From positions 96,001-160,000 of the forward strand of contig CAVUXE010000015.1 in NCBI GenBank assembly GCA_963745235.1: a DNA stretch of 64,000 nucleotides, given 5' to 3'. Shown one piece after another: positions 8,668 through 19,812 of this stretch. Within the stretch, counting starts at the first letter, position 1; each line of letters opens with the position of its first letter. The stretch is from an uncultured Spirochaetota bacterium. GTDB lineage: Bacteria > Spirochaetota > Spirochaetia > SZUA-6 > Fen-1364. Under the pieces are notes generated by a model that did not search any database, was not told the origin of the DNA, and was given only the letters and a program-made list of their open reading frames with translations. The position numbers and the translations under genes are program-made.

Positions 8668-10095
8668 TCAGGCGAGAGCTTTCATCGGAATGGCGAAGTA
8701 TTCTTCCGCGTTGTAGAAGCAGACGTCTCGGACAATCCCGCCAAGGAGGTCGAAGTCTTTCGGCGCTTCCCCCCGCTGAACAGCATCTCCCAGAAGGCTG
8801 CAGAGCACTCGCCGGAAGCATTCGTGCCGGGGGTAGGAGAGAAAGCTGCGGGAATCCGTGACCATGCCGACAAAGCGAGCAAGGAGCCCCGTATCGGAGA
8901 GCATCTGGAGCTGCTCACGCATGCCGTGCGGTTGGTCGTTGAACCACCACGCGGACCCGAATTGCACCTTCGCCCTCACGTTCTCTCCAGAGAAGTTGCC
9001 GGCCATGCTGGCAAGAACGGGATTGTCCGACGGATTCAGACAATAGAGGATGGTCCGGGGGAGAGCGCCCTGCGAATCAAGCCTGTCGAGGAACCGGGCC
9101 AGCGCCGCGGCAAGAGGGGAATCCCCCACGGAGTCGAAGCCCGAGTTCGGCCCGAGTCTGCGCGAATAACGCGAGTTGATGTCGCGCAGGGCGCCGAGGT
9201 GAAGCTGCTGGACCCACCGCGCCTCCGCGTCCATGCGGGCAAGCTCAACCAGGACGGCGGACTTGAAAGCGCGCGCCTCCGCGGGCCCAGGCGGTCTGCC
9301 CTCGCGAGCCGCAAGAAAAATGGTCCGCACTTGTCCCTCGGTGTAATCATCAGCGTAGGGGACCTCGATCCCGTGATCCGAGATCCTGCAGCCGTTCTGG
9401 TTGAAATAGTCATGGCGTCGCGAGAGAGCATCGATCAGGTTCCCCCAATCCCTGATGGCAATGCCCGCGGCGGCGCCGAGCCTGTCCACCCAGGAATTGA
9501 ACGCCGCGGGATTTTCCACGGTCATGACGCTGTCCGGTCTGAAAGCGGGAACGACTGTCGGGGCGAATGTCCTGTCGGCGGCAAGGCGTCGGTGGTATTC
9601 GAGGGTGTCCGTCGGATCGTCCGTCGTGCACACGACGCGAACGGACATGCGCCGCAGGAGGCTGCGAACGCTGAAATCCGCGCGGGAAAGGAGTGACGAG
9701 CAGGTCTCATAGATATCCGTCGCCGTTCCCGGCCCGAGGAGCTTTCCGGAGATCCCGAAGTAGCGCTTCAGCTCGAGGTGCGTCCAGAGATACAGGGGAT
9801 TCGCGATGGTGGACGGAACCACCCCGGCCCACGCGGTGAACTTCTCCGGGTCCGAGGCGTCTCCCGTGATCAGCCGCTCCGGCACGCCGCACGCGCGCAT
9901 GGCGCGCCACTTGTAGTGGTCCCCGCCGAGCCAGATCTCCGTGATGTTTGCAAACCGCCGGTCCTCCGCGATGTCCCGGATCGGAAGGTGGCAATGAAAA
10001 TCGAAGATCGACATGCCTTCCGCGTGATCGTGATACAGCCTCCGCGCTTCCCGGCTGCCCAGAAGGAAGTCTTCATCCGGAAACTTCCCTTTCAT
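8668..10095 (-). CDS. uxaC: Glucuronate (uronate) isomerase
   Basis: IFDFHCHL, WLGGDHYKWRAMRACGV, NPLYLWTHLELKRYFG, QFGSAWWFND, TDSRSFLSYPRHE. Confidence 0.97.
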   Translation of the reverse strand: MKGKFPDEDFLLGSREARRLYHDHAEGMSIFDFHCHLPIRDIAEDRRFANITEIWLGGDHYKWRAMRACGVPERLITGDASDPEKFTAWAGVVPSTIANPLYLWTHLELKRYFGISGKLLGPGTATDIYETCSSLLSRADFSVRSLLRRMSVRVVCTTDDPTDTLEYHRRLAADRTFAPTVVPAFRPDSVMTVENPAAFNSWVDRLGAAAGIAIRDWGNLIDALSRRHDYFNQNGCRISDHGIEVPYADDYTEGQVRTIFLAAREGRPPGPAEARAFKSAVLVELARMDAEARWVQQLHLGALRDINSRYSRRLGPNSGFDSVGDSPLAAALARFLDRLDSQGALPRTILYCLNPSDNPVLASMAGNFSGENVRAKVQFGSAWWFNDQPHGMREQLQMLSDTGLLARFVGMVTDSRSFLSYPRHECFRRVLCSLLGDAVQRGEAPKDFDLLGGIVRDVCFYNAEEYFAIPMKALA

Positions 10096-11186
10096 TCAGC
10101 ACCTCCGCTCCCCGCATCGTCCAGGGTCTGCATGATGGCTCGCATGTAGCCGACCGAGTACGCCATGCCGGCATGCCACGGCGCCGAGCATTCGACCAGC
10201 GGCGTGTGGTCCGGGATGAGAACGCCAGGGAAGCCGTTCTTCTTCAATATACGCATGATCCTCGGCACGTCGATGTCCCCTTCGTCGATGAAGACCTCGT
10301 GGTAGCGCGGGACCCGTCCCCGGACGTTGCGCAGGTGCACGTACGCGAGCTTCCCCTGCAAGCTGTACTGGTCAGTCGCCTGGTAGACATCCCCGACGGT
10401 CATCTCTGCAATCGTGCCGACGCAGAACTCCAGCGCGTTGGAGCGGCTCGGTTTGAGATCCAGCAGCTTCTGATACAGGGAGGGCTGGTACACCAGGCGC
10501 GGCGTGCCCCGCACCGTGTCTGCCGGCGGGTCATCCGGATGCGCCGCCAGGATGACGCCGGCCTCTTCCGCCACAGGAACAAGCTCCCCCAGGAACCGCG
10601 CGAGCCTTCGCCAAAGCTCGTCATGGCTGATGGGGGCAAGCGTTCCCGCCGGCGCGTGCTGGTCGTAGACCATGTTCCAGACCATCCCTGCGGGCACGGG
10701 CGTCTGGTCGACGCCGTCCACGCCCACTGATTCCGCCCCGCCTCGCGCGAAGGGACCGGTCACGCGGCCGGCCACCCCTGCAATGCTGAAGTTGTACCCC
10801 ATGATGGGAATCCCCGCCGCACCGACGCTTCGAACCATGCGCTTCAGGTTCTCCATCTGGGCATCCCGCCGGGGCCCATCCAGGAGCACGTCATACCAGT
10901 GGGCCGGATCGAAGTTCTCGATTGCCTCCAGGGTCAACCCTCCTGCCTCCACCTGCCGCCGGATCTCCACAAGCTCCGCGGTTGTCCAGAGGGCATCCGG
11001 GTCCCCGGCAACCCCCCAGCCGCCCGCGGCGTTGTCCACGGGCTGGTTGTCCGGTGTGGTGACCGCTTCCGGCTTCCTGAAATAGTCGACGAGGTGGACC
11101 ACGATGTGCGTGCAGCCGATCTGCTTCGCGAACCGCAGGTTCGAAGGCGTGACCATGTGCCGATAGAGGCCTATCCCGAGCTTCAT
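10092..11186 (-). CDS. uxuA: Mannonate dehydratase
   Basis: Own start MKLGIGLYRHM inside the chimeric 640-aa track ORF; AHPDDPP, HLRNVRG, FIDEGDID, IPDHTP motifs. Confidence 0.9.
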   Translation of the reverse strand: MKLGIGLYRHMVTPSNLRFAKQIGCTHIVVHLVDYFRKPEAVTTPDNQPVDNAAGGWGVAGDPDALWTTAELVEIRRQVEAGGLTLEAIENFDPAHWYDVLLDGPRRDAQMENLKRMVRSVGAAGIPIMGYNFSIAGVAGRVTGPFARGGAESVGVDGVDQTPVPAGMVWNMVYDQHAPAGTLAPISHDELWRRLARFLGELVPVAEEAGVILAAHPDDPPADTVRGTPRLVYQPSLYQKLLDLKPSRSNALEFCVGTIAEMTVGDVYQATDQYSLQGKLAYVHLRNVRGRVPRYHEVFIDEGDIDVPRIMRILKKNGFPGVLIPDHTPLVECSAPWHAGMAYSVGYMRAIMQTLDDAGSGGAE

Positions 11187-11187
11187 C

Positions 11188-12014
11188 TCAGACGCAGTCC
11201 ACCAGGAAGCCGCCGTCCACGGGGATGCAGATCCCCGTGACAAAACCCGACGCCTTTTCACTCGCCAGAAAAACCACCGCGCCCGCCAGGTCGTCAGGCT
11301 CTCCAAACCGTCCGAAAGGCGTCCGTGCAATGATGTCACGGCCGCGCTGCGTGAGCTGGCCGGTTTTTCGTCCACCAGGAGCGCCTTGTTCTGCTTGCCC
11401 AGGAAGAAGCCCGGCGCAATTGCATTCACGCGGATCCCGTTGGAGGCAAACTCTTTTGCGGCAGCCATCGTGAGGTTCAGGACAGCAGCTTTTGCGGCGT
11501 CGTACGCCCACACGCCGGACAGCGGAACGTAGGAAGACATGGACGCCATGTTGATGACCGAGCCACGGGCCTTCCGTTCGATCCAGTGCCGGCACATCAC
11601 CTTGGTAGGAACCAGGAGACCGGCAACGAGGTTGAGCTTCAGGACTTCTTCGAAAAGCGCGACGTCGGTGTCCAGGAATGCGGTCTTTCCGCGGTTTCCG
11701 CCCACCGCGTTGATCAGGACGTCGATGCCGCCGTGCTTGAGAGCGCAGGCCTGCACGGCTTCCGCCATGGACGCCTCACTCTGCGCATCCGCCACGAGCC
11801 AGTCGATGCGGTCCTCAGCATCCGCCGCAAGGCCCGCCCGTTCGGACGCCTCCTGCAGAGGTTCCGCGTGCCGGCCCCAGAGGGACACTCGCGCGCCTAC
11901 CCGCAGAAGGGCCTCTCCCATCGAGCCGGCAAGCACCCCGCCTCCCCCTGTTATGACGACAGTGCGGCCTTCCAGCCCGAATCTCTGCTCAAGATACCCC
12001 GTGTTTTTCGCCAT
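11188..12014 (-). CDS. SDR D-mannonate oxidoreductase-like (frameshifted at ~11366)
   Basis: TGGGGVLA, YDAAK, VNAIAPGFF; the C-terminus TPFGRFGEPDDLAGAVVFLAS..GFVTG..VDGGF is in another frame after a 5-nt homopolymer (11364-11368). Confidence 0.85.
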
Positions 12015-12056
12015 CGTGTGTCATCCCCCCTCAAACGCGGAATTGTTCTTTTTTTC

Positions 12057-12106
12057 TTGACAGGACAACCGAGCCGGTCCAAGATGTCTGCCATACAAGT
12101 ATGGTA
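12057..12106 (+). promoter_or_regulatory. Promoter and palindromic GntR operator
   Basis: TTGACA 12057-12062; near-perfect palindrome TGCCATAC-AA-GTATGGTA (12089-12106) overlapping the regulator start codon. Confidence 0.6.
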
Positions 12107-12811
12107 GCATCCGAGGGCCTGCAGGTCGAGATCCTCGAAAAGGAAAAGAATCAACCCATCCATCAGTGGGTCTATCAGACACTGAGGAACAGCATCATAA
12201 AGCTCGTGCTTCGGCCTGCCCAGCAGATAAGCGAAAACGAAGTGTCGGAAGCCCTCGGAATCAGCCGGACGCCGGTCCGGGAAGCGTTCATCCGGCTGGC
12301 GGAGGACGGGCTCATCAATGTCACGCCGCAAAAGCGATCCATCGTCTCCCTGATCGACATGGAGCAGGCAAATGAAGCCAGATTCATCCGCCTTGCAGTC
12401 GAAAAAGCGGTGCTGCGGGAGGCATGTGGAAGCCTTTCCCCGGCGGACCTTGCGGCACTGGCGTCGAACATGCAGACCCAGGAAGATTGCTGCAGCCTGC
12501 AATCCTTCGACCGGATGCTGATCGTGGACAACGATTTCCACCGCCTGATTTTCCGGGGCTGCCGCAAGGAGAGAAGCTGGCTTTACCTCAAGAAGCTTGA
12601 TTACAACTATGACAGGCTTCGCGTCATGGTCATGCCCGTCTCCATTGGCCGAATACTCTCGGAGCACAAGAAGATCATGGATCTCATCACCCGGGGAATG
12701 GCCGAAGAGGTCGAAGAAACCCTGGATCTGCACCTCACGTGGGAAATGATCAATCGGGTGGTCCTGGACTACCCGCCGCAGTATTTCTTGCAAAACAGGA
12801 GGGAACCATGA
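12101..12811 (+). CDS. GntR-family regulator (probable uronate regulator)
   Basis: ISENEVSEALGISRTPVREA wHTH plus FCD; divergent from the SDR-uxuA-uxaC genes. Confidence 0.93.
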   Translation: MVASEGLQVEILEKEKNQPIHQWVYQTLRNSIIKLVLRPAQQISENEVSEALGISRTPVREAFIRLAEDGLINVTPQKRSIVSLIDMEQANEARFIRLAVEKAVLREACGSLSPADLAALASNMQTQEDCCSLQSFDRMLIVDNDFHRLIFRGCRKERSWLYLKKLDYNYDRLRVMVMPVSIGRILSEHKKIMDLITRGMAEEVEETLDLHLTWEMINRVVLDYPPQYFLQNRREP

Positions 12812-13971
12812 AACGGTCTTTACGAACAGCGGTTTTTCTTTGCGCGCTGATCCTCGCGCCGGCCCTGCTCTTCTCCCAGGCGGACTGGTCGGGCAAGCCG
12901 GTGAAGCTCAGCATCATCGACGTGGCTGGAAACCTGCGGCTCTCCAAGCCCGCAATCGAGGCGTTCAAGGCCGCCAACCCGAAGATGATCTCCGACATCG
13001 AGTACACCATCGCGACGGCCCCCGAGCTCGTGGCAAAGATCAAGGCGCAGCAGATGGCCGGCAACCTGGACACCACCATGGTCCTGACCGGTTATGACGG
13101 AATGGCGGCCGGGAAAGAGCAGGGCGTGTGGCTCCAGGTCATGCCCAAGTACAGGGACGTCTTTCAGAAATCCATAGATTCGTACCTCCCCGGGGCCAGG
13201 GCCGCCTACAACCTGTTCGACGGGTATGGGATCGCGTACGTGTTCTGCCCCGGCGGTCCCATGTTCACGTACAACCCGGACACGGTGAAGACTCCGCCCA
13301 AGACCGCCGCACAGCTGCTGGCGTGGGCGAAGGCCAACCCCGGCAAGTTCCTCTATGCAAGGCCCGCGAACTCGGGTCCGGGACGGGCCTTCCTCCAGGG
13401 GCTGCCGTATATCCTCGGTGACTCCAACCCGAAAGACCCCGCCACCTGGACAAAGACCTGGGCGTACCTGAAGGAGCTGGATTCCTACATCGACTATTAT
13501 CCGTCGGGGACCGCGATCACCTTCAAGGAGCTGGCGGAGGGGACCCGGTGGATCCTCGCGAGCCACCTGGGCTGGGACATGAACATGCGCATCCTTTCCA
13601 CCATCCCGGCAAACTTCCAGGCCTTCTTCCTGGATCACACGACCTGGGTCAACGACACCCAGTTCATGGTCATCCCCACGGGCCTGGACCCAAGCCGTGA
13701 GAAGGCCACCGTCGCGCTCATGGAGTGGCTCATGCAGCCTGCCCAGCAGGCTGTCACCTACGACGACGGGTACTTCTATCCGGGGCCGGCAATCAAGGGC
13801 GTCCCTCTGAGCATGGCCCCCATGAGCAGCCAGGAACGAATCAAGCCCGCCATGCGCGCGGCGTATGACCAGGCGGCCGCGAAGTTCCCCAACGCATCCC
13901 AGCTGGACGCCAAGCCGCTCGTGGAGGCCTTCGACATGTGGGACAAGCTGGTGGGCGCGAAGATAAAGTAG
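12808..13971 (+). CDS. ABC transporter substrate-binding protein (PotD-like class)
   Basis: Signal peptide MKRSLRTAVFLCALILAPALLFS; leads an ATPase and two permease genes. Confidence 0.88.
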   Translation: MKRSLRTAVFLCALILAPALLFSQADWSGKPVKLSIIDVAGNLRLSKPAIEAFKAANPKMISDIEYTIATAPELVAKIKAQQMAGNLDTTMVLTGYDGMAAGKEQGVWLQVMPKYRDVFQKSIDSYLPGARAAYNLFDGYGIAYVFCPGGPMFTYNPDTVKTPPKTAAQLLAWAKANPGKFLYARPANSGPGRAFLQGLPYILGDSNPKDPATWTKTWAYLKELDSYIDYYPSGTAITFKELAEGTRWILASHLGWDMNMRILSTIPANFQAFFLDHTTWVNDTQFMVIPTGLDPSREKATVALMEWLMQPAQQAVTYDDGYFYPGPAIKGVPLSMAPMSSQERIKPAMRAAYDQAAAKFPNASQLDAKPLVEAFDMWDKLVGAKIK

Positions 13972-13988
13972 CGGAAACAAGGCCGGGC

Positions 13989-15115
13989 ATGAAGGACTTC
14001 ACTCAGTTCGTTGTCCGGAACGTGACGAAGGAGTTCGCCGGGAAGACCGCGCTCTCCGATTTCTCCCTGACGATCTCTCACGGGGAGTTCGTCACGTTCC
14101 TGGGCCCGTCGGGATGCGGGAAATCCACGGCGCTCAACTGCGTGGCGGGGCTGCTTCCCATCACGCGCGGGGAGATCTCCATAGACGGTGACCCCATCGA
14201 TGACGGGAGAAAAAAGGTGCCGCCGGAGAAGCGCGGGTTCGGCATGGTGTTCCAGAACTACGCGCTTTTCCCGCACCTTTCCGTGTTCGGGAACGTCGCC
14301 TTCGGCCTCCACATCCGCAAGCTGCCCAAAGCGACGGTGAGGGACAGGGTGCTCGCCGCTCTCAGGCTGGTGCACCTGGAGGGCCACGAGGGGAGGTTCC
14401 CCGCCCAGCTGTCGGGGGGGAGCAGCAGCGGGTCGCCATCGCCCGATGCATCGTGCTGGAGCCTCGGCTCCTCATGCTGGACGAGCCCCTGTCCAACCTG
14501 GACGCAAAGCTCCGCGTGGAGATGCGCAACGAGCTCCTGGCGCTTCACACGCGCCTGAAGGTCACCACCATCTACGTCACGCACGACCAGCAGGAGGCGC
14601 TGGCTCTCTCGGACCGCATCGTGGTGATGCGGCTGGGCCGCATTCAACAGGTCGGCACACCCCAGCAGGTCTATTCGGACCCGGCCAACCTTTTCGTGGC
14701 AGATTTCATGGGGTTCAAGAACATCTGGGAGGGGGAGCTGGAATCCGTTCAAGAGAGGGTTGACGGTCTTGACGCGCAGATCGGCGTTTCGGGACTTCGC
14801 CTGCGTGCGCGGCTTTCCTATCCCGAAGGGGACCCGCGCAGGGCCGCCCTGGTGGCCGCATCCCGGGGGGACAGGAAAGTGAGCACCGCCATCCGGCCTG
14901 AGGACATTTGCCTGGGCAGGAACCCGGATGGCTCCAGCGTGCGCGCGCAGGTGAGCCTGGTGGAGTACCAGGGGCAAAGCAGCTTCGTGACGGCCCGGGC
15001 GGAAAACGGCATGACAATCGAGCTCAGGCCAACCGCCCCCGTGCGCATGGCTGACGCCCTGGAGCTCGCGATTCCGGCGGAAAAGATGTTCGTGTTCGCG
15101 GGAGGGAAGGACTAG
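13989..15115 (+). CDS. ABC transporter ATP-binding protein, PotA-like (frameshifted at ~14420)
   Basis: [19 protein letters not shown]; [13 protein letters not shown] is restored by one extra G in the G7 run 14414-14420; [13 protein letters not shown]. Confidence 0.9.
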
Positions 15116-15117
15116 CC

Positions 15118-15975
15118 ATGCCGCAGGGACTGAAAGGCGGCCGGTTTCTTCTCCTCCTGCCCGCCCTCGCTTTCGTGTTCCTCCTCTTCGTCTACCCGTT
15201 CCTGTACGGGTTGTTCCTCAGCTTCACCAACCCCGCCGGGTCTCCGACGCTTGCCAACTACGCGCGGTTCTTCCTGGATCCGTGGGAGTCCCGGACGATC
15301 TGGGTAACGCTGTGGATCGCCGTGCCCGCCACGCTCATCAATGTCGCGCTGGCAATTCCATTCGCCGTTTTCATGAGACACGGAATCCGCGGGGAAAAGA
15401 TCGTCACCTTCTTCCTGATCGTCCCCCTGACCCTCGGGACGGTGCTCGTCTCGGAGGGGATGCTCACCTACATGGGGCCCAACGGGTGGCTCAACCAGCT
15501 TCTGCTGGCCATCCACCTGGTCGGGAAGCCCGTGCGGTTCACGCACAACTACACAGGCGTCCTCCTCTCCCTGGTCATCCAGGGCTTCCCCTTCGCGTTT
15601 CTCATGATCCTGGGCTACGTCTCGGGCATCAATCCCGACCTCGAAAAGGCGAGCCAGATGCTCGGCGCCTCGCGCCTGCAGACCTTTTCCCGGGTGCTCT
15701 TTCCCCTCATGGTGCCGGGCATCGCAATCTGCTTCTGCCTGAACTTCGTGATGGCCTTCTCCGTGTTCCCGTCCGCCATGCTCCTGGGGGAGCCGTCGGG
15801 TCCGACCCGCGTCATCGCCATTGCCGCCTGGCAGTGGGCCTTCGAGAAGTTCGATTTCAACACGGCCTCCGCAATCTCCATGGTCATGGCGGTGATCGAG
15901 CTCATCGTCATCTCCGCGGTCCTCGTGTGGAGAAACCAGATGTACCGGGGCGCCTCCATGGTTGGGAAGGGATAG
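15118..15975 (+). CDS. ABC transporter permease
   Basis: Hydrophobic helices; EAA loop LEKASQMLGAS. Confidence 0.92.
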   Translation: MPQGLKGGRFLLLLPALAFVFLLFVYPFLYGLFLSFTNPAGSPTLANYARFFLDPWESRTIWVTLWIAVPATLINVALAIPFAVFMRHGIRGEKIVTFFLIVPLTLGTVLVSEGMLTYMGPNGWLNQLLLAIHLVGKPVRFTHNYTGVLLSLVIQGFPFAFLMILGYVSGINPDLEKASQMLGASRLQTFSRVLFPLMVPGIAICFCLNFVMAFSVFPSAMLLGEPSGPTRVIAIAAWQWAFEKFDFNTASAISMVMAVIELIVISAVLVWRNQMYRGASMVGKG

Positions 15976-15979
15976 CGTG

Positions 15980-16798
15980 ATGGGAAAGAGAAAGCTCACC
16001 ACGGGCGGCGTGTTCTTCGTCCTTGCGATGGTGGTCTACGTGGGCAACGTCCTGGGGATACTGTTCACGGTCATCCTCAACTCCGCGTCCAAGGGCTGGT
16101 ACTCCGGCGCTCTCCCGAGGTTCCTGACCTCCGAATGGTACGCGTACGTCGCAACCGACCACGACATCCCCTACCTCCTGCTCATCACATTCGTGGTGGC
16201 AATCACAGTGGTCGCCATTTCCATCCTGATCGCTTTCCCTGCGGCCTACGTGCTCAGCCGTTCGGAGTTTCGAGGCAAGGGCGCGCTCCTTTCCCTCTTC
16301 CTTCTTCCCATGATCGTTCCGCCCATGACGTATGGAATCCCCCTCGCCGTGGTGCTGTACAAGTTTCACCTTGCGGCGCGCGTGGTGGGTGTGATCCTGG
16401 CGAACCTGGTGCCCATTGTGCCGTTCGTGATCCTCATCCTGATGCCGTTCATAGAGCAGGTGGGGGCCAACCTGGAGTCAGCGGCGCAGATGCTCGGCGC
16501 GCGCCGCTGGACTGTTTTCCGCAAAGTCCTGGTCCCGCTCACCCTGCCGGGCATCCTCACCGCCGGCATCCTTTCCATTGTGAAAACGATATCGATGTTC
16601 GAGCTGACCTACCTGGTGGCGGGGGCAAAATCCCAGACCATCGTGGTGGCGCTGTATGCGGATGCATATGCGGCGGGCGCCAGGCCGCCGCAGGCCGTGG
16701 ATGCGCTGGCCGTCATCTATTTCCTCACCACAATGGTCTGCCTCGTGGTCGCGCTTCGCTTCGTGAGCCCGACGCAGATGGTGTTCAAGATCAAGTAG
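15980..16798 (+). CDS. ABC transporter permease
   Basis: Hydrophobic helices; LESAAQMLGA EAA loop. Confidence 0.92.
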   Translation: MGKRKLTTGGVFFVLAMVVYVGNVLGILFTVILNSASKGWYSGALPRFLTSEWYAYVATDHDIPYLLLITFVVAITVVAISILIAFPAAYVLSRSEFRGKGALLSLFLLPMIVPPMTYGIPLAVVLYKFHLAARVVGVILANLVPIVPFVILILMPFIEQVGANLESAAQMLGARRWTVFRKVLVPLTLPGILTAGILSIVKTISMFELTYLVAGAKSQTIVVALYADAYAAGARPPQAVDALAVIYFLTTMVCLVVALRFVSPTQMVFKIK

Positions 16799-16812
16799 GA
16801 CTTGTCCCCGGC

Positions 16813-17844
16813 ATGGGCAACGAAGAGGAAGAGCTGCGCGAGATCCCCAAGGTGGAGCTTCACCGTCACCTGGACGGGAGCGTTCGCATCCAGACCATCT
16901 GGGAGATTGCACAGGAAAGCGGTATCCCCCTCGGGGCACGGACGCTGGAGGAGCTCTGCCGGACCGCGGTCCTTCGCGCGCCTGTAGCATCGCTCTCCGA
17001 GGCCCTTGCGCGCTTTGAGACTCAGAAAAAGGTCCTTTGCTCATTCGACGCGATCAGCCGCGTCACGCGGGAGAACATCGAGGACGCTGCCCGTGACGGC
17101 GTGAGAGTGCTGGAGCTTCGCTTCGCCCCCGCGTTCATTGCGGAAGGCACCCGGCTCTCCAACGACCTGATCATCGCCGGGGTGCTCGACGGGCTGGTGA
17201 AAGGGATGGCGCTGCACCCCGTGGAGGTGGGCCTGATCGGCATCCTCCCCCGCGGCTTTTCGGGCGATGTCAACGAACAGGCCCTGGCGGATCTCCTCAG
17301 GTGGAGGGACGGGGACGCCGCGGGGGCGGACAGGATCTGCGGCCTTGACCTGGCGGCCATGGAGGCCGGAATAGACCCGCTGCCGCTGGTGCCCCTGGTG
17401 GACGCAGCGCGGGAGGCCGGTCTCGGGATCACCATCCACAGCGGTGAGGACACGGATGCCGCCCACGTCGCCAGGACGCTTGAGCTGTTTCGCCCCTCGC
17501 GGATCGGCCACGGCATCCGCGCGTGGGGGAGCTCCGAAGTCGTTGGCAGGCTCATTGCGGAGGACGTTCTCCTGGAAGTATGCCCGACCTCCAACTGGCT
17601 CACCGGCTCGGTCCGGTCCCTGTCCGAGCACCCCCTTCCCCGCCTCTACCGGGCAGGGGTGCCTGTCTCCATCAATTCCGATGATCCGAACCTCATGGGG
17701 ATCGACCTTGTCCACGAATACGTTGTGTGCGCGACGGAGTTCGGCCTGGGGCGGCAGGACTTCCGGGCGATCAACCGGTCAGCGCTGCGCCATTCTTTCC
17801 TTCCCCGCGAGCTGAAGGACCGCGAAATGATCCGCTACACCTGA
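16813..17844 (+). CDS. add: Adenosine deaminase family protein
   Basis: [36 protein letters not shown]. Confidence 0.9.
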   Translation: MGNEEEELREIPKVELHRHLDGSVRIQTIWEIAQESGIPLGARTLEELCRTAVLRAPVASLSEALARFETQKKVLCSFDAISRVTRENIEDAARDGVRVLELRFAPAFIAEGTRLSNDLIIAGVLDGLVKGMALHPVEVGLIGILPRGFSGDVNEQALADLLRWRDGDAAGADRICGLDLAAMEAGIDPLPLVPLVDAAREAGLGITIHSGEDTDAAHVARTLELFRPSRIGHGIRAWGSSEVVGRLIAEDVLLEVCPTSNWLTGSVRSLSEHPLPRLYRAGVPVSINSDDPNLMGIDLVHEYVVCATEFGLGRQDFRAINRSALRHSFLPRELKDREMIRYT

Positions 17845-18803
17845 AGGAGCACCTTGCCCGTGGACATCCGGCTTTCGAGGTACTTGTGCGCATTCGGGGC
17901 ATCTGCGAGCCGGAAGACCTTGTCGATGCGAAGCTCGACCTCTTTGCGCGCAATCCAGCCCAGCACGTCCCGCGAGCGCTGCAGAAGCTCGCCGCGGTCC
18001 GACACGTAGTTCGCGAGGGTGGGCCGCGTCAGGAACAGTGACCCCTTGCGGTTCAGCAGTTGCGGGTCGAACGGGGCGACCGGGCCGCTCGATTGTCCGA
18101 AGAGCACCATCATCCCGCGGGGACGAAGGCATCCGAGGCTTTTCTCGAAGGTCGTCTGTCCCACGGAATCGTACACGACATCCACTCCGCGTCCGCCGGT
18201 GAGCCTGCGGGTCTCCGTCTCGAAATCCGTTTTCGTGTAAAGGATCACATCGGATGCCCCGGCTGTGCGCGCAAGCTCTGCTTTTTCCTCGGTGGAAGCG
18301 GTCCCGATGACACGAGCTCCGCGGAGCCGCGCCACTTGCGTCAGGAGCCTTCCCGTTCCGCCCCCGGCGGCATGGATGAGCGCGGTGTCCGCCGCGCTCA
18401 GGGGATAGGTAGAGACGGCGAGGTAATGCGCAGTCATTCCCTGGAGCATTGCAGCCGCGGCCTGCCGCGGCTCGAGGCCCTCGGGAATGTGAACCAGGAA
18501 GGCGGACCGCACGATCGCGTATTCCGCGTAGGACCCACTCTGCATGGCCCATGCCACACGGTCACCCTTTTTCACCTCCGTGACACCCGGGCCCACTGCA
18601 TCCACCACGCCGGCCCCTTCATCGCCGAGGATCCGAGGGAGCTGTCCCTTGTATAGCCCCTTCCTCCCATAGATGTCGATGAAGTTCACCCCGGCGAACT
18701 CGAGGCGCACCCGCGCCTCTGCGGGGCCCGGCCCGGGCGTCTCCACATCTTCCAGGCGAAGCACGTCCGGACCGCCGTTCTCCCTCATGAGGACCGCTTT
18801 CAT
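17835..18803 (-). CDS. qor: NADPH:quinone oxidoreductase (zeta-crystallin family)
   Basis: [45 protein letters not shown]. Confidence 0.92.
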   Translation of the reverse strand: MKAVLMRENGGPDVLRLEDVETPGPGPAEARVRLEFAGVNFIDIYGRKGLYKGQLPRILGDEGAGVVDAVGPGVTEVKKGDRVAWAMQSGSYAEYAIVRSAFLVHIPEGLEPRQAAAAMLQGMTAHYLAVSTYPLSAADTALIHAAGGGTGRLLTQVARLRGARVIGTASTEEKAELARTAGASDVILYTKTDFETETRRLTGGRGVDVVYDSVGQTTFEKSLGCLRPRGMMVLFGQSSGPVAPFDPQLLNRKGSLFLTRPTLANYVSDRGELLQRSRDVLGWIARKEVELRIDKVFRLADAPNAHKYLESRMSTGKVLLQV

Positions 18804-18906
18804 ACGACCTCCTGCAATAGTATACAGCAGGCCGGCGCGAGGGGAAGCGCGCCTGAGGCCCGGTCCGGCTATTCTCTCATTCCGTGCAGCCGTGCTATAA
18901 GGTGCC

Positions 18907-19812
18907 ATGCCCCGCACCGCCCGAGCCGACCTTTTCATCATCCTCTCCGTCTGCCTGCTCCTGTGGGCGTCCGCATTTGCCGGCATCCGACTGGGCCTGC
19001 GAGGGTTCGGCCCCGGGCAGCTCGCGCTCCTGCGGTTCGCCATCGCCTCGTTGTCCCTGCTGATCTACGCCCTTGTCACGCGGCTTCCCCTCCCCGCGGT
19101 GCGGGACCTTCCAATGCTTTTTCTCATGGGCTTCCTCGGCTTCACCGTCTACCACGTCGGCCTGAATGCGGGAGAGGTGGTGGTGCCGGCGGGAGCGGCG
19201 AGCTTCATCATTGCCTCCGTTCCCGTGTTCTCGACGCTCATGGCCGTGGTGTTTCTTCGTGAACGACTGACGGCCCTCGGGTGGTTCGGGGCAGCCGTCA
19301 GCTTCCTCGGAGTCGCTTTGATCTCCGTTGGCACGGGAACGGGATTGAAGTTCGAACCGGCCGCCCTCCTCATCGTCCTTGCTGCCCTCGGTGAGAGCAT
19401 CTATTTCGTGGTCCAGAAGCCTTTTCTCTCCCGGTATTCGGGTCTCCAGCTCACCACCTATACCATCTGGACGGGCACCGTCTTCATGCTGGTTTACCTG
19501 CCCGGGCTGATCAACCAGATCGGCCACGCCCCGATGGCGTCCACTCTGGCCGTTGCCTACCTGGGGGTCTTCCCGGCCGCAATCGGTTACGTGCTGTGGT
19601 CCATCGCGCTTTCGCGGGCGGATGTCTCCCGGGTAACGAGCACTCTCAACCTGTCTCCCATCCTTTCCCTCGCAATCGCATTCCTGGTCCTGGGGGAGAT
19701 CCCCTCCATTCTCTCGGTCATCGGCGGTGCGATCACCGTGGCAGGGGTGGTCCTCCTCAATACGCTGGGGAAGGCGAAGCAGCCGTCCGAACGAAGGGCC
19801 CAGGTGCCGTGA
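18907..19812 (+). CDS. EamA/DMT family transporter
   Basis: About 10 hydrophobic helices; LWASAF, LRFAIA, FLRERLT. Confidence 0.92.
   Translation: MPRTARADLFIILSVCLLLWASAFAGIRLGLRGFGPGQLALLRFAIASLSLLIYALVTRLPLPAVRDLPMLFLMGFLGFTVYHVGLNAGEVVVPAGAASFIIASVPVFSTLMAVVFLRERLTALGWFGAAVSFLGVALISVGTGTGLKFEPAALLIVLAALGESIYFVVQKPFLSRYSGLQLTTYTIWTGTVFMLVYLPGLINQIGHAPMASTLAVAYLGVFPAAIGYVLWSIALSRADVSRVTSTLNLSPILSLAIAFLVLGEIPSILSVIGGAITVAGVVLLNTLGKAKQPSERRAQVP

Noticed and set aside
10092-12014. Apparent 640-aa SDR-mannonate dehydratase fusion
   Set aside because: It arises from a 1-nt homopolymer frameshift. The true SDR C-terminus is in another frame and stops at 11188, and UxuA has its own ATG at 11186.
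16135-16812. N-terminal extension of the 569-aa ORF before adenosine deaminase
   Set aside because: Off-frame overlap with the permease; deaminase motifs begin at ATG 16813.
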